From an uncultured Gemmatimonadales bacterium (GTDB lineage Bacteria; Gemmatimonadota; Gemmatimonadetes; Gemmatimonadales; GWC2-71-9), in the NCBI GenBank assembly GCA_963771275.1, contig CAVYSW010000009.1:320001-384000 (forward strand): a stretch of 64,000 bases of DNA. Direction: 5' to 3'. Position numbers and translations under genes: made by a program. This document shows, one piece after another, positions 32,154-41,598 of this stretch. The notes under the pieces were generated by a model. That model was not told the DNA's origin. It did not search any database and was given only the letters and a program-made list of their open reading frames with translations. The stretch's first letter is position 1; each line of letters begins with the position of its first letter.

Positions 32154-32635
32154 CGCTGTCCCACCTGGACGCGGGGGGACGGGCCCGCATGGTGAACGTG
32201 GGGGACAAGCCCGAGACCGTGCGCCGGGCGGTGGCGGAAGGCACGATCACGATGTCGCCCGGGGCCGCGGAGCTGGTGCGGCGGGCGGCGGGCCCCAAGG
32301 GCGACGTCCTCGCGACGGCCGAGCTCGCCGGCACGATGGGCGCCAAGCGCACGGCGGAGATGATCCCGCTCTGCCACCCGGTGGGGCTCGACCACGTGGA
32401 GGTCGTCGCGGCGGTGGACGACGCCCTCCCCGGCGTGCGGATCCGCGCCGCAGTGCAGGCGACCGGACGGACGGGGGTCGAGATGGAGGCGCTCACCGCG
32501 GTCTCCATCGCGCTGCTGACGGTCTACGACATGGTGAAGGCCGCGGGGCACGGCATGTGCATCGGTGACATCGTACTGCTGGAGAAGTCCGGCGGCGCGT
32601 CGGGACACTGGATACGGAGTCATGATGACCGGTAG
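32150..32635 (+). CDS. moaC: Cyclic pyranopterin monophosphate synthase
   Basis: LSHLD..GRARMV.VG.K, KGDVL, IPLCHP, TGVEMEAL, YDMVKA, EKSGG.SG. Confidence 0.95.
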   Translation: MTLSHLDAGGRARMVNVGDKPETVRRAVAEGTITMSPGAAELVRRAAGPKGDVLATAELAGTMGAKRTAEMIPLCHPVGLDHVEVVAAVDDALPGVRIRAAVQATGRTGVEMEALTAVSIALLTVYDMVKAAGHGMCIGDIVLLEKSGGASGHWIRSHDDR

Positions 32636-33308
32636 ATCAAGCGGCCCGCAGATGCACATCCCGCAGCGGCTGATGCTGCGTGGCCTCGGCATCTTTGCCG
32701 TGCTCGTGGCGGTGGGCGCGGCCCTCAGCCTCGTCCCCCCCCGGGCCCGCGCGAGCCGTGACACCGCCCCCTGGACGGGCACGGCCGGGGTCATCAGCCA
32801 GCTCCGCACGTCGCTCCAGGCGAAGTCGGGTGAGCTCGAAATCAAGGACATCGAGCTCGAGCGCGCCCAGGACATCATCGCCTTCTCGGCGCACTTTCAG
32901 ATCCCCGCGGACCTGGCCACGCTCATCTACGACGAGGCGTTGGCCGCCGGGCTGAGCCCGGGCCTCGCTTTCGAGATCGTGCGGATCGAGAGCCGCTTCA
33001 ATCCCCGCGCCGTGAGTCGGGTCGGCGCGCTGGGGCTGACGCAGATCATGCCCGCCACCGCCGCGTTCTACGACTCGGTCGGGTCGGTCCAGGAACTGCT
33101 GGACCCGCGGACCAACGTCCGCGTGGGGTTCCGGTTCTTCCGGGACCTGCTGGAGCGGTTCAACGGGGATCTGCGCATGGCCCTGCTGGCGTACAACCGG
33201 GGTCCGGGGCGCGTGGCCGACCTGCTCGCGCGCGGGCGGAGTCCGGCGAACGGCTATGCGCAGTCGGTTATCGTGGGGTACAAGATGGGGGGCAGCCCGC
33301 CCCCGTGA
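32622..33308 (+). CDS. SLT-domain lytic transglycosylase, membrane anchored
   Basis: TM segment, IESRFNPRAVS..GALGLTQIMP.T, ALLAYNRG. Confidence 0.9.
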   Translation: MMTGRSSGPQMHIPQRLMLRGLGIFAVLVAVGAALSLVPPRARASRDTAPWTGTAGVISQLRTSLQAKSGELEIKDIELERAQDIIAFSAHFQIPADLATLIYDEALAAGLSPGLAFEIVRIESRFNPRAVSRVGALGLTQIMPATAAFYDSVGSVQELLDPRTNVRVGFRFFRDLLERFNGDLRMALLAYNRGPGRVADLLARGRSPANGYAQSVIVGYKMGGSPPP

Positions 33309-33314
33309 GCCGCG

Positions 33315-34832
33315 TCAGGGCCCGGCGACGCGCAGCCGCTGCCCGACCTTCACCAAGTCACCGTCCACATCGTTCCACTGCCGCAGATCGGCGACCCGGA
33401 CCCCGTAGCGCCGGGCGATCGTCCACAGGGAGTCCCCCGCCCGCACCGTGTGGTAGCGGGTTGTCGTCGCGGCCGCCACGCGCGCGCTGACGACGGGCCG
33501 GGGACGTCGCCCGCTGGCGATGTCACGCCGCGCCGCCGCACTCACGGGAATCGTGAGGCGCTGACCAATCGAGAGCCGTGTCGCCCTCACGCTGGGGTTG
33601 GCCGCCTTAAGCAGGTCCAGGCTCACCCGGTACCGCGCGGCGATCCCCGACAGCGTCTCGCCCCTGGTCACCCGGTGGTCGAGGAACGAGACGCGCTCGC
33701 TCGCCGGCAGCGCGGCCCAGCTCTGCGCCAACCGCGGACCCGTGCCGAGCGGCACGCGCACCGTCACCGCCCGGTTTGGAGGGGTCACGCCGCGGTAGAA
33801 CTGGGGGTTCAGCTCCACCAGCGCCGCGGTCGTGGTATCCGCGAGGCGCGCCAGCACGTCGAGGCCGGTGGCGTCGGTCACGTGGACCTCGTCGAACTGG
33901 AACGGCTGGAGCGCCGGCAACGTGTCGAACCCGTAGCGCGCGGGCTCTTTCGCGATCAACGCGGCGGCGATCAGCTTGGGCACGTAGTCGCGCGTCTCGC
34001 GCCGCAGGTACCGCTTGTCATACAGCGCGAAGAACGTGGAGTCGGTGGGTGACTCGCCCGCGTCACCGGGAAGCCGCTTCAGGCCCCGGGTGATGCGTCC
34101 CGCACCGGCGTTGTAGGCGGCGGCGGCGAGATACCACGATCCGAACGCCTCGTTCAGGTCCGCCAGATGGCGGGCCGCTGCGTCCGTGGCCTTGAACGGA
34201 TCGCGGCGCTCGTCCACCCAGGCGTCCTGCGCGAGTCCGTACTTCCGGCCCGTCCCGGCGATGAACTGCCACATGCCCACGGCCCGGGCGTGGGACACCG
34301 CCGTATTCGAGTAGCCGCTCTCGATCAGGGCGAGATAGACCAGATCCTCGGGCACCCCGTACCGCCGCAGCCGCTCCCGGATCAGGTCCTCGTAGCGCGG
34401 CAGGCGGGTCAGCCAGATGGCGAACCGGTCTCGCGCGGGCCCGAGGAAGAAATCCACATAGTACTGCACCCGGTTGTGATCGGCGAACGACTCGACATCG
34501 ATGTCGTAGGCCGGGCTCGCCGCGCTGTCGCCGGCGTCCCCCGCGCCGAACAACTGCGCGGTCTGCGCGTGCTCCGCATCCTGTTGCGCGGGATGGGCGG
34601 TGTCCGCGGCGGCGGTGTGGAACTCGAGCGCCGCGAGGGCCTCCAGCGCTTGCCGGTCGGCCGCCGAGTCGTCCGACGCGGCTGGGGGACCCGCGAGGCC
34701 CGCCGCCGCTCCGGAGTCGGCTGCCGCAGGACCCGGCTCGGGCCCGGGGGCTTCGAACGCGACGGGATGGGCGCAGGCCGCCGCGACGACCGCCATCGTC
34801 CCGAGTGCCAGTCGGCGCAGGAAGGCAGTCAT
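33315..34832 (-). CDS. MltD-like lytic transglycosylase lipoprotein with LysM repeats
   Basis: Lipobox [32 protein letters not shown], LysM repeats [13 protein letters not shown] and [13 protein letters not shown]. Confidence 0.92.
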   Translation of the reverse strand: MTAFLRRLALGTMAVVAAACAHPVAFEAPGPEPGPAAADSGAAAGLAGPPAASDDSAADRQALEALAALEFHTAAADTAHPAQQDAEHAQTAQLFGAGDAGDSAASPAYDIDVESFADHNRVQYYVDFFLGPARDRFAIWLTRLPRYEDLIRERLRRYGVPEDLVYLALIESGYSNTAVSHARAVGMWQFIAGTGRKYGLAQDAWVDERRDPFKATDAAARHLADLNEAFGSWYLAAAAYNAGAGRITRGLKRLPGDAGESPTDSTFFALYDKRYLRRETRDYVPKLIAAALIAKEPARYGFDTLPALQPFQFDEVHVTDATGLDVLARLADTTTAALVELNPQFYRGVTPPNRAVTVRVPLGTGPRLAQSWAALPASERVSFLDHRVTRGETLSGIAARYRVSLDLLKAANPSVRATRLSIGQRLTIPVSAAARRDIASGRRPRPVVSARVAAATTTRYHTVRAGDSLWTIARRYGVRVADLRQWNDVDGDLVKVGQRLRVAGP

Positions 34833-35269
34833 CGCACGTCTCGCAGGAAGATGTTACCCATGATCCGGTTGGTCGCGTTCAGCACGGCGACCGCCGCGCC
34901 CCGCGCCGGGTCCTGATCGGCGAGAAACGAGCCCACGAGGCGGTGGGGCGAGCCGTCCGCCTTGGAAACGATGGAGACGATCAGCACAATGGTGTCGAAC
35001 GCCCGGATCGCCTTGACCCCCAGGAGCTCGAAGGCCACCTGCCCGGGGGCGGACAGCTCGATGGCGCGCAGCGTGGCCTCCGCGGCGCAGCGCAGCTCGC
35101 CCGCATCGGACGCCAGCCCGTCGGCGGTCCCCACCCAGCGCTGGCCCGGGCCGAGTTCCAGCGCGACCTCCGCCCGGCACTGGCCGCTCGGCAGCCGGTC
35201 GAAGGCGAAGCCGACGAACCGCAGGCGCTCCCGGTGGGTCCGTTCCTGCCCGTCGTACGACATGGTCAA
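34829..35269 (-). CDS. Hypothetical protein, possible stand-alone LeuA allosteric-domain-like fold
   Basis: Two beta-beta-beta-alpha-like repeats ending [10 protein letters not shown] and [11 protein letters not shown]. Overlaps the MltD start. Start may be ATG 35263. Confidence 0.6.
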   Translation of the reverse strand: MTMSYDGQERTHRERLRFVGFAFDRLPSGQCRAEVALELGPGQRWVGTADGLASDAGELRCAAEATLRAIELSAPGQVAFELLGVKAIRAFDTIVLIVSIVSKADGSPHRLVGSFLADQDPARGAAVAVLNATNRIMGNIFLRDVR

Positions 35270-35520
35270 TCGGCCCTGCCGAATTCAACTTCGAGTTGGC
35301 CCGGCATCGACTCCTCCGCCCCACGCAGCAGGTCGGCATCGAGCCGCGGCCGGCCACTGGCGTCTTGCCCCAGAGAGATCAGTAGGGTCTGCCCGTCGTC
35401 CAGCGTCACGCGCAGCTGGCGGCAGTCGGACCGCAGTACGACATCGAGCACCATCCGGTCGCGGAGATGGGCCACCGCGTCGGCGATGCGCCGCAAATCG
35501 TGGACCGACGTGAGGGGCAC
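35266..35520 (-). CDS. Small hypothetical protein (84 aa)
   Basis: Protein-like composition, stop overlaps the next start, GAGG upstream. Confidence 0.6.
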   Translation of the reverse strand: MPLTSVHDLRRIADAVAHLRDRMVLDVVLRSDCRQLRVTLDDGQTLLISLGQDASGRPRLDADLLRGAEESMPGQLEVEFGRAD

Positions 35521-35541
35521 GAACGACCTCGCCGCGACGGT

Positions 35542-35787
35542 TCAGGACAGGTGCCGGCTGAGTACCTCGTGCAGCACCTCGTCCGGGATCTTCTCCGCCT
35601 GGGTGAAGAGCGACGACTTGGACGAGGACTCGAGGGGAAAGGATGCCCACAGACACCTGCTTGTCCCGCCGTTTCTGGAAGCCCTGAAGGAGAGCATCAA
35701 CTGCCACGTCACCTGGTTGGCGCGCCGCTCTGCGGCGGGGTGTACGTGCCAAACCTCGCCCTCTCGTGACAGGATTCTCCAGGCCAT
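35542..35787 (-). CDS. Small hypothetical protein (81 aa)
   Basis: MAWRILSREGEVWHV... with AGGAG upstream of ATG 35787. First gene of the run leading into the MltD-like gene. Confidence 0.65.
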   Translation of the reverse strand: MAWRILSREGEVWHVHPAAERRANQVTWQLMLSFRASRNGGTSRCLWASFPLESSSKSSLFTQAEKIPDEVLHEVLSRHLS

Positions 35788-35931
35788 CGCGCACCGCTCC
35801 TTGCCGGCAGTCCGTCGCACAAACCGCGGGGGGCCGTCAAAGATGGGCCGACCCCGCGAGACGGTCAAGAGAGCGCGTCGCCGCGCGCCGGCTGTCTTGT
35901 CGCCAATATGCCCGCGTCCGCGCCGTATCGG

Positions 35932-35947
35932 TGTGACACCGGTCACC
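35932..35947. promoter_or_regulatory. CRP/FNR-family-like operator
   Basis: TGTGA-CACCGG-TCACC (9/10 match to TGTGA-N6-TCACA) in a divergent intergenic region. Confidence 0.45.
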
Positions 35948-36015
35948 TGGCGTCCGCCCGGCGCCGCCGCGAAACTTCCGGCCCTGGGCTTCGTCGGGAC
36001 AGGAGGGAGGATACC

Positions 36016-36294
36016 ATGCTCGAGATCATGCTGCTCGCCGGGACGGGCGCCGTTACCCTGTTTGGCTACCTCAAGGCGCGGAGCTTCGTGCGCGAGCGGC
36101 TCCGCTTCGTAGACGCGGCGCACAAGCCGGGCACGCCAGTCGTGGCCGGCGCGGCGGCGGCGCTGGCCGCCGGCCCGGTGGTGTGGCTGCTCCCGTTCGT
36201 GGGCGCACCCACGGCCCTGATCTTCGGCATCGGCGTGGGCTGGGGCGTCTATCACGGGTCGCGCGACGTGCGGAAGCGCCTGCCGGGCGGCTAG
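36016..36294 (+). CDS. Small hypothetical membrane protein (92 aa)
   Basis: Strong SD AGGAGGGAGG, hydrophobic segments. Confidence 0.75.
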   Translation: MLEIMLLAGTGAVTLFGYLKARSFVRERLRFVDAAHKPGTPVVAGAAAALAAGPVVWLLPFVGAPTALIFGIGVGWGVYHGSRDVRKRLPGG

Positions 36295-36378
36295 GTCTCC
36301 TCCGCCGGCTGTCGGCCCGGCCGGCCCGTGGAGCTTCCAGGACGACCCTTCGGGGCAAGGCTACCGGCGGGGGCGGCA

Positions 36379-36451
<73 letters not shown>

Positions 36452-36576
36452 GCGGCGCTGCCGGGACGTTACCTGCCGCCGTCCCGGCTCGCAATCCCGG
36501 CCGTCGAACGCCTGGGGGGCGCGTAGCGGCCGGTCTCCGGTCGCCACGCGCCCCCCTCGCGATCCCCCGCCGGCGT

Positions 36577-38343
36577 CTAGTTCCCCGGAGGGGTCAGCAG
36601 CTGGAAGTAGTTGGCCACGTTGAAGCCCACCGGGTCGACCTCGAAGTACCGGCCGCGCGCGAACACCCCGGTCGTCGGGAAATACGGCGGCGGATCGGTG
36701 AAGGCGCACGCGTCGTACGAGTACCGCTTGAGGTAGCCGGTGCCGGCCGTCGTGCCCACCGCGCCGCGGGTCGATTGGATGATACCGCCCGTGAGGTACA
36801 GGCAGCCTCGACCCCACGACGTCGTCCCGCACGGCTCGCTGGACGTGGCGCCCGCGTCGTAGTTCTCCACCGTGAAGTTGCTGAGCGCCAGCACGACGCC
36901 CTGGATGAACTCGTCTCGCGTCTCGTCGAACGTGTAGTAGTTGCTCGACGAGGAGACCGCCTGGAGCGGGCTGTTGATCGTGTTGTCGGCCACGACGACG
37001 TCGGTGCCGCTGAACAGCCCCATGATGTCGTTGCAGGTTCCGGCGCCGGGATCGGTGGCGTAGGTCAGGTCGTCGCCGATGATGATGTCGCTGGTGGCGG
37101 CCACCGTGACCCGGCCGCGCAGCACGCCGCTCAGCACGACCTTGCCCTGCACGAAGATCACGCCCTTGAAGTTGGGATTGAGCTCGCGCGTGATCGGGAA
37201 CAAGTACTGCTTGTCGGCGCGGGCGGCGAGGAGGCCGCTCACCGCACCCGGCCAGGCCAGCCACTGCCCCTTCGTATCGACCGCCTGGAACCCACCCGAG
37301 AACGCGTCCGCGCCGCCGAGCAGGCAGCGCCGGCCGCTGCCGGTGAGCGCGACAATGTACGAGTCGGTCCCGGTGCTGCTCGTGTGGGCCTTCGCCGACT
37401 TGAGCGTGTCGCCGTGGAAATGCCCGCAGTTGAGCGAGTTCCGCAGCCGGATGTCGGGGCTGCCGCTGGTGTAGTCGGAGGGGATGTCCGCCGTGACCCA
37501 GCCGGCGTCGCTGGACTGGTAGACCCGGATGAAGCCCTCGTTGGTGCCGTTCACCTCGCCGTCGCCGTTCAAGTCGATCGCGACGAACTCGATCCGCGTG
37601 GTCGCCTGGCCAACCGCCCCGTTGGTGTTCCCGACGAACGCGGTGTTACCCGCCTGGGCCTGCGTCTGGAGCTTGAGCAGGTCGGCCGTCTGGGGCATCT
37701 CGATGCGCCGGACGTGCTCGGTATACCCCTGCGCGAAGGTGCCGTACTGGGCCCCCTCCACGGTCTTCGCCGTCGTCACGGGGCCGAAGAAGGTGGCGCC
37801 CGACGAGTAGATCTTGAGATAGTCGTTGGTGTGCACCGGCCCGAAGATCTGGTCGCCGCCGCCGAACGAGATGTTCGACGGCTCGATGTCGGTGAAGTAG
37901 GCGTACTTGGCGAAGCTCTCCTGCACGATCTCCCCGCGGCGGACGACCGTGTTGCCGAACCGGTCGCGGGCAATCGAGACCGCGCTGCCGAACACGCCGT
38001 ATTGTCCCGACGTGATGCCCGTCGGGCCAACGTAGACCGAGCGGGTCACGTTGGGAATCACGGTCCCGCCGGCGTCCGTGACCGTCGCGTCCTGCTCGAG
38101 CGTGGTATAGCCCGAGGCGGGGTAGATGGCCGGTGTGCCGTTGACCCGCGAGCGCGCAATCTCGATCCCCGCGTCCGCGACCGATTCGAGCGACAGCTCG
38201 CGGTCGGTGTTGCGGTTCACCATCGCGCTCGTCATGCTCAGCAGCACGGCGGTGGTCGAGAGTACGGCCACCACGAGCGCCACGTACAGCACCGTGATCA
38301 GCGCGACCCCGCGCTCGTTCCGGATGCAATGTGTCCACGACAT
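36577..38343 (-). CDS. Large PilX/ComZ-like minor pilin (588 aa) with long beta-rich C-terminal domain
   Basis: Prepilin site ERG|VALITVL without Glu+5 (PilX/GspK trait). GPVHTND, LTGGIIQ...GTGY.KRYSYD...PPPYFPTT tail. SD GGAGG. Confidence 0.8.
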   Translation of the reverse strand: MSWTHCIRNERGVALITVLYVALVVAVLSTTAVLLSMTSAMVNRNTDRELSLESVADAGIEIARSRVNGTPAIYPASGYTTLEQDATVTDAGGTVIPNVTRSVYVGPTGITSGQYGVFGSAVSIARDRFGNTVVRRGEIVQESFAKYAYFTDIEPSNISFGGGDQIFGPVHTNDYLKIYSSGATFFGPVTTAKTVEGAQYGTFAQGYTEHVRRIEMPQTADLLKLQTQAQAGNTAFVGNTNGAVGQATTRIEFVAIDLNGDGEVNGTNEGFIRVYQSSDAGWVTADIPSDYTSGSPDIRLRNSLNCGHFHGDTLKSAKAHTSSTGTDSYIVALTGSGRRCLLGGADAFSGGFQAVDTKGQWLAWPGAVSGLLAARADKQYLFPITRELNPNFKGVIFVQGKVVLSGVLRGRVTVAATSDIIIGDDLTYATDPGAGTCNDIMGLFSGTDVVVADNTINSPLQAVSSSSNYYTFDETRDEFIQGVVLALSNFTVENYDAGATSSEPCGTTSWGRGCLYLTGGIIQSTRGAVGTTAGTGYLKRYSYDACAFTDPPPYFPTTGVFARGRYFEVDPVGFNVANYFQLLTPPGN

Positions 38344-38360
38344 AGGTTTCCTCCGTCCAA

Positions 38361-39533
38361 TCATGGCGCCACGACCGGCCCGGCCAGGGCCATGGTCGAC
38401 TGCGACGGCGTACAATCCTGCGCGGCCAGGGCATACTGATAGGCCTGTCCCGTGACCGCGGCCTCGTCGTCCCATGTGTAGCTTGCACTCCCCGCGGGCA
38501 CGCTGCGGTACGGATCGCCCCACTCGACTTCGCCCAGCAACCGCCGCCACAGCACGTAGCGCACCACGTCCCGCTCGCCTCCGGTCTCGTCGACCGCCGC
38601 GTTCCAGGTGAGCCGGATGGCGGGGTCGCCCGAGGCCAGCACGATGGGCGCCGCGACGAGCGGGTTGCCCAGGATCGGCTCGTCCCCGCAGGTCTGGCGC
38701 GTGCCGAAGCCGGCGTTGGGGAACCGGACGAGGCGCGTGAGCGCGCCGCGCCGCTCGCGCGCGCCCGTGAGCCCGTTGGTCGCGGTGAAGCTGATCTGGA
38801 CACCCCGGAGGCTGTCGATCCGTGCCGCCGGGCCCGTGTCCGCGGGCGACATGTGCATGCTGACCGAGTGCATGAGCGGGATCTCGCCGCTCGGGACCAG
38901 GGCGATGAAGGCCGGCGCGTTGTTCGGCGTGCGCAGCCGGTAGTACTGGAAGAACGGCACGCCCGGGGTCTGCAGCAGGTTGCGCGCGACCATCGCCCGC
39001 GCCTGGTTGTTCACCTGGCGGTACAGGATGTAGTCATCCGTGCGGGCGGTGGTGGCGTCCGGCGTGAAGTAGAAGATCAGCAGCTCCGCCGGACTGTTGG
39101 CGCCCTGGTACGTGTAGTTCACGGCGGGGTACTGGAAGGTCGTGCCGGGCAGCGTGATCTGCTGCGCCGTGCGCAGGGCGGTCACGGCCCCGGTGGGCGC
39201 GTCGGGATCGTGGTACACGGCCCACGCGTCGTTCACGACGTTGGTGGCGTAGTCGCCGTTGAACGCGAGGATGCTCGCGCCGACGTACACCAGCTGAGGC
39301 TGCTGGTCGGGCACATTGGAGCCGGCGGTGCGCAGGTCGTTGCCCAGCGTGGTGGCCGCGAACCGCAGGTTCTGCAGCACGTCCATCCGCTCGCTGCCGA
39401 GGCGGAACGCCGCTCCCTGGCGCCCGAGGAACGTCAGCGCCGAAGCCAGGACGATCGAGAACACCACCAGGGCGACCAGCATCTCGATCAGCGTCATGCC
39501 GCGCGCGTCGCGGCGCCGTGCGATCGTCGTCAT
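38361..39533 (-). CDS. PilW-like minor pilin with C-terminal fibronectin-III-like domain
   Basis: RG|MTLIEMLVAL, DLRTAG. C-terminal IRLTW...RYVLWR...YTWDD...YQYALAAQD. Confidence 0.82.
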   Translation of the reverse strand: MTTIARRRDARGMTLIEMLVALVVFSIVLASALTFLGRQGAAFRLGSERMDVLQNLRFAATTLGNDLRTAGSNVPDQQPQLVYVGASILAFNGDYATNVVNDAWAVYHDPDAPTGAVTALRTAQQITLPGTTFQYPAVNYTYQGANSPAELLIFYFTPDATTARTDDYILYRQVNNQARAMVARNLLQTPGVPFFQYYRLRTPNNAPAFIALVPSGEIPLMHSVSMHMSPADTGPAARIDSLRGVQISFTATNGLTGARERRGALTRLVRFPNAGFGTRQTCGDEPILGNPLVAAPIVLASGDPAIRLTWNAAVDETGGERDVVRYVLWRRLLGEVEWGDPYRSVPAGSASYTWDDEAAVTGQAYQYALAAQDCTPSQSTMALAGPVVAP

Positions 39534-39910
39534 GGAGCAGCCACCGTCGTCGTGCGGGTGATGGGCGTCGTCACGCCCGGTCCTGTCACCGTCACCGTCA
39601 CCACCTTGTAGTCCGTCGCCTGCCCCGTCCCGCCGATCTGCGTGACCTGGGTCACCCGGGTGTAGCCGGGCAACGCCGGCAGGTTGTTCTCGGTTCCCGC
39701 GTACGTGGCCGCGAGCCCGGCGTAGTCCGGGTCCATCTGAATCACCTGGAGGCGGTCCTGCGCGAGCTGCGTCGCCGTCGCGCGGGTTCCCTCCTGGGCC
39801 GTCTGTCGGACGAATGAGCCCGTCGCGCTCCCCATCGCGAGCACGACGACGAGCAGGATCACCAGGGCGATGATCACCTCGATCAGCGTAAAGCCGCGAC
39901 GGTTCGTCAT
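39530..39910 (-). CDS. PilV-like minor pilin
   Basis: RRG|FTLIEVIIAL, short body with YKVVTVTVT. Confidence 0.85.
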   Translation of the reverse strand: MTNRRGFTLIEVIIALVILLVVVLAMGSATGSFVRQTAQEGTRATATQLAQDRLQVIQMDPDYAGLAATYAGTENNLPALPGYTRVTQVTQIGGTGQATDYKVVTVTVTGPGVTTPITRTTTVAAP

Positions 39911-40491
39911 CAGAACCCCCTGATCCAGCCGTTGTTGTAGCGGTACCAGGACGTCCGCCCCGTCGACCGCTCGACCTCGAGCAGTCGCGTATCCGTCGCC
40001 AGGCCCGTCAGCACGGCGCGCCGCGAGGTGAGGTAGACGCCGCCGTACTCGCTGGCGCTGCCGTTGCGGTGGAACGTGACCGACGGAAGCCCGTCGCGCA
40101 CCTGGGCGAAGGTGACCGCCGCCGCACCCACCGCATGAGCTGGCGCGCCCGCCCGGCCGAGCACGACCAGATCGCCCAGGTCGCGTCGGGTGGCGGCCTC
40201 GCCCCCGTCGATCACGCCGTTGTTGTTCGCGTCCTGATGCACCCGGACCGTGTTGGTCGCCTGGTCGAACCCGACGATGACGTCGAACTGCCGGGTCGCG
40301 GCGAGACGCTGGGCGCCGAGCAGCACCATACCGGTGCTCTGCATGGCACCATCGACGCGATACCGTGTGAGGTCAATCTTCGGGATGGCGATGCTGGCGA
40401 CGATCCCGATGATCGTCACCACGATCAGCAGCTCGACCAGCGTGACGCCGCTCGAGCCGCTCAGCCGTTTCATCGCAGACCGCTGTTGCAT
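39910..40491 (-). CDS. FimU/FimT (GspH-like) minor pilin
   Basis: SG|VTLVELLIVVTIIGIVASIAIP, DANNNGVIDGGE, VTFHRNG, TGR. Start may be ATG 40473. Confidence 0.85.
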   Translation of the reverse strand: MQQRSAMKRLSGSSGVTLVELLIVVTIIGIVASIAIPKIDLTRYRVDGAMQSTGMVLLGAQRLAATRQFDVIVGFDQATNTVRVHQDANNNGVIDGGEAATRRDLGDLVVLGRAGAPAHAVGAAAVTFAQVRDGLPSVTFHRNGSASEYGGVYLTSRRAVLTGLATDTRLLEVERSTGRTSWYRYNNGWIRGF

Positions 40492-40648
40492 CCTGTCCGC
40501 CTCCGGTGCTCAATGCCTCCGGTCAACCTGCCGCCGGGCCCCAGCCCACTCCACACGAGCGTGATGCCCCGCCTGCCATGCTTCGCAGTTTGCCCGTTTT
40601 CGGCGGTTCCCGGAAGGGCCACCCCCAACCGGCTCGCAGCGATGATGG

Positions 40649-40664
40649 TGCAACGGGCGTGCCC
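40649..40664 (-). promoter_or_regulatory. Sigma54 (-24/-12) promoter of the minor pilin operon
   Basis: Minus strand GGGCAC-GCCCG-TTGCA is a near-consensus TGGCAC-N5-TTGCW, about 160 nt upstream of the first pilin gene. Confidence 0.65.
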
Positions 40665-41213
40665 TCACCGCACCGACGTGCCAACCGTGCGTGTCGCACG
40701 GAGTTCGCCCTCCTCGTGTGGAGCCAACGCGCGCGCGCCCCGCCGCAGCTTGCAGGCCGAGTCGTGGGCGATGCCAATTCCTGCAGGCCCGCGCGATTCG
40801 GTTCGTGACGTGCGTCACGGAGCGGTCCCATCCGCACGACGCGAGCGGGCGTCGTCACCGCGCCCGCTCCACACCCGCTGCCCCACCCCGGCCCTCGACG
40901 CGACGCGAGGACCGCCGCCGTCCACCCCTGCGTTGTCCGTCAACAGCACGATGACGAGCGTCGCCGCGTGGCCCGGTGCGGAGAGCATCGAAACGCCGGC
41001 CGCCAGCGCCACCATGATCACCGTCGGTCGCGGGCCGCCTGGTCCCCCCAAGGCGCCGTTCCTGCGCCACAGGAAAGGTCGGTCCGGCGGGGACACCACA
41101 CAAGCGGCGCACCGTGCGACGGGCGTTGTACGGCCACGCGGCGGGTCTCCCAGAGGGGAACGCACCCCCTCCGCGGGGGAGCGCGGGCCCCGCTCCCGAG
41201 GGGGGATCACCGT

Positions 41214-41249
41214 TTTCAGAGGGAAAACCCTCTTGTTTCAGAGGGAAAA
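41214..41249 (+). repeat. 14-bp direct repeat TTTCAGAGGGAAAA x2, 22-bp period
   Basis: Copies at 41214-41227 and 41236-41249. AT-rich island upstream of the SWIB gene. Confidence 0.8.
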
Positions 41250-41313
41250 ACACTTACTTTGGGCGCATGTAGCGGCTGGTTGTACCGACTTTCACCCATC
41301 TCGCGAGGTGACC

Positions 41314-41598
41314 ATGGCTGCGAAGAAGAAGGCCAAGAAGACCAAGCGGAAACCCAATGCCGCGTTCATGAAGCCGGTCATGCCGGACGCCAAGCTCTCT
41401 GAAGTCGTCGGGGCGAAGGCGATGCCGCGCACGGAGCTCACCAAGAAGCTGTGGGCCTACATCAAGCGGAAAGGCCTGCAGGACAAGAAGAACAGACGGA
41501 TGATCAACGCCGATGACGCCTTGAAGGCGGTGTTCAACGGCAAGTCCCAGGTGAGCATGTTCGAGATGACGAAGCTGGTCAGCAGGCACGTGAAGTAG
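41314..41598 (+). CDS. Stand-alone SWIB/MDM2-domain protein with Lys-rich N-terminus
   Basis: NAAFMKP, RTELTKKLWAYIK..GLQD..N.RMINAD..LK.VF, VSMFEMTKLVS.H. SD GAGGTG. Confidence 0.93.
   Translation: MAAKKKAKKTKRKPNAAFMKPVMPDAKLSEVVGAKAMPRTELTKKLWAYIKRKGLQDKKNRRMINADDALKAVFNGKSQVSMFEMTKLVSRHVK

Noticed and set aside
32150..32635. moaC plus the MOT1 transporter as a molybdenum cofactor cluster
   Set aside because: They are 13 kb apart with unrelated genes between, and no other moa/moe/mod genes are in the window.
40560..40620. c-di-GMP-I riboswitch in the pilin leader (GGGCAAAC and GAAA on the minus strand)
   Set aside because: Element order and P1/P2 pairing do not fit the consensus. An Infernal search would settle it.
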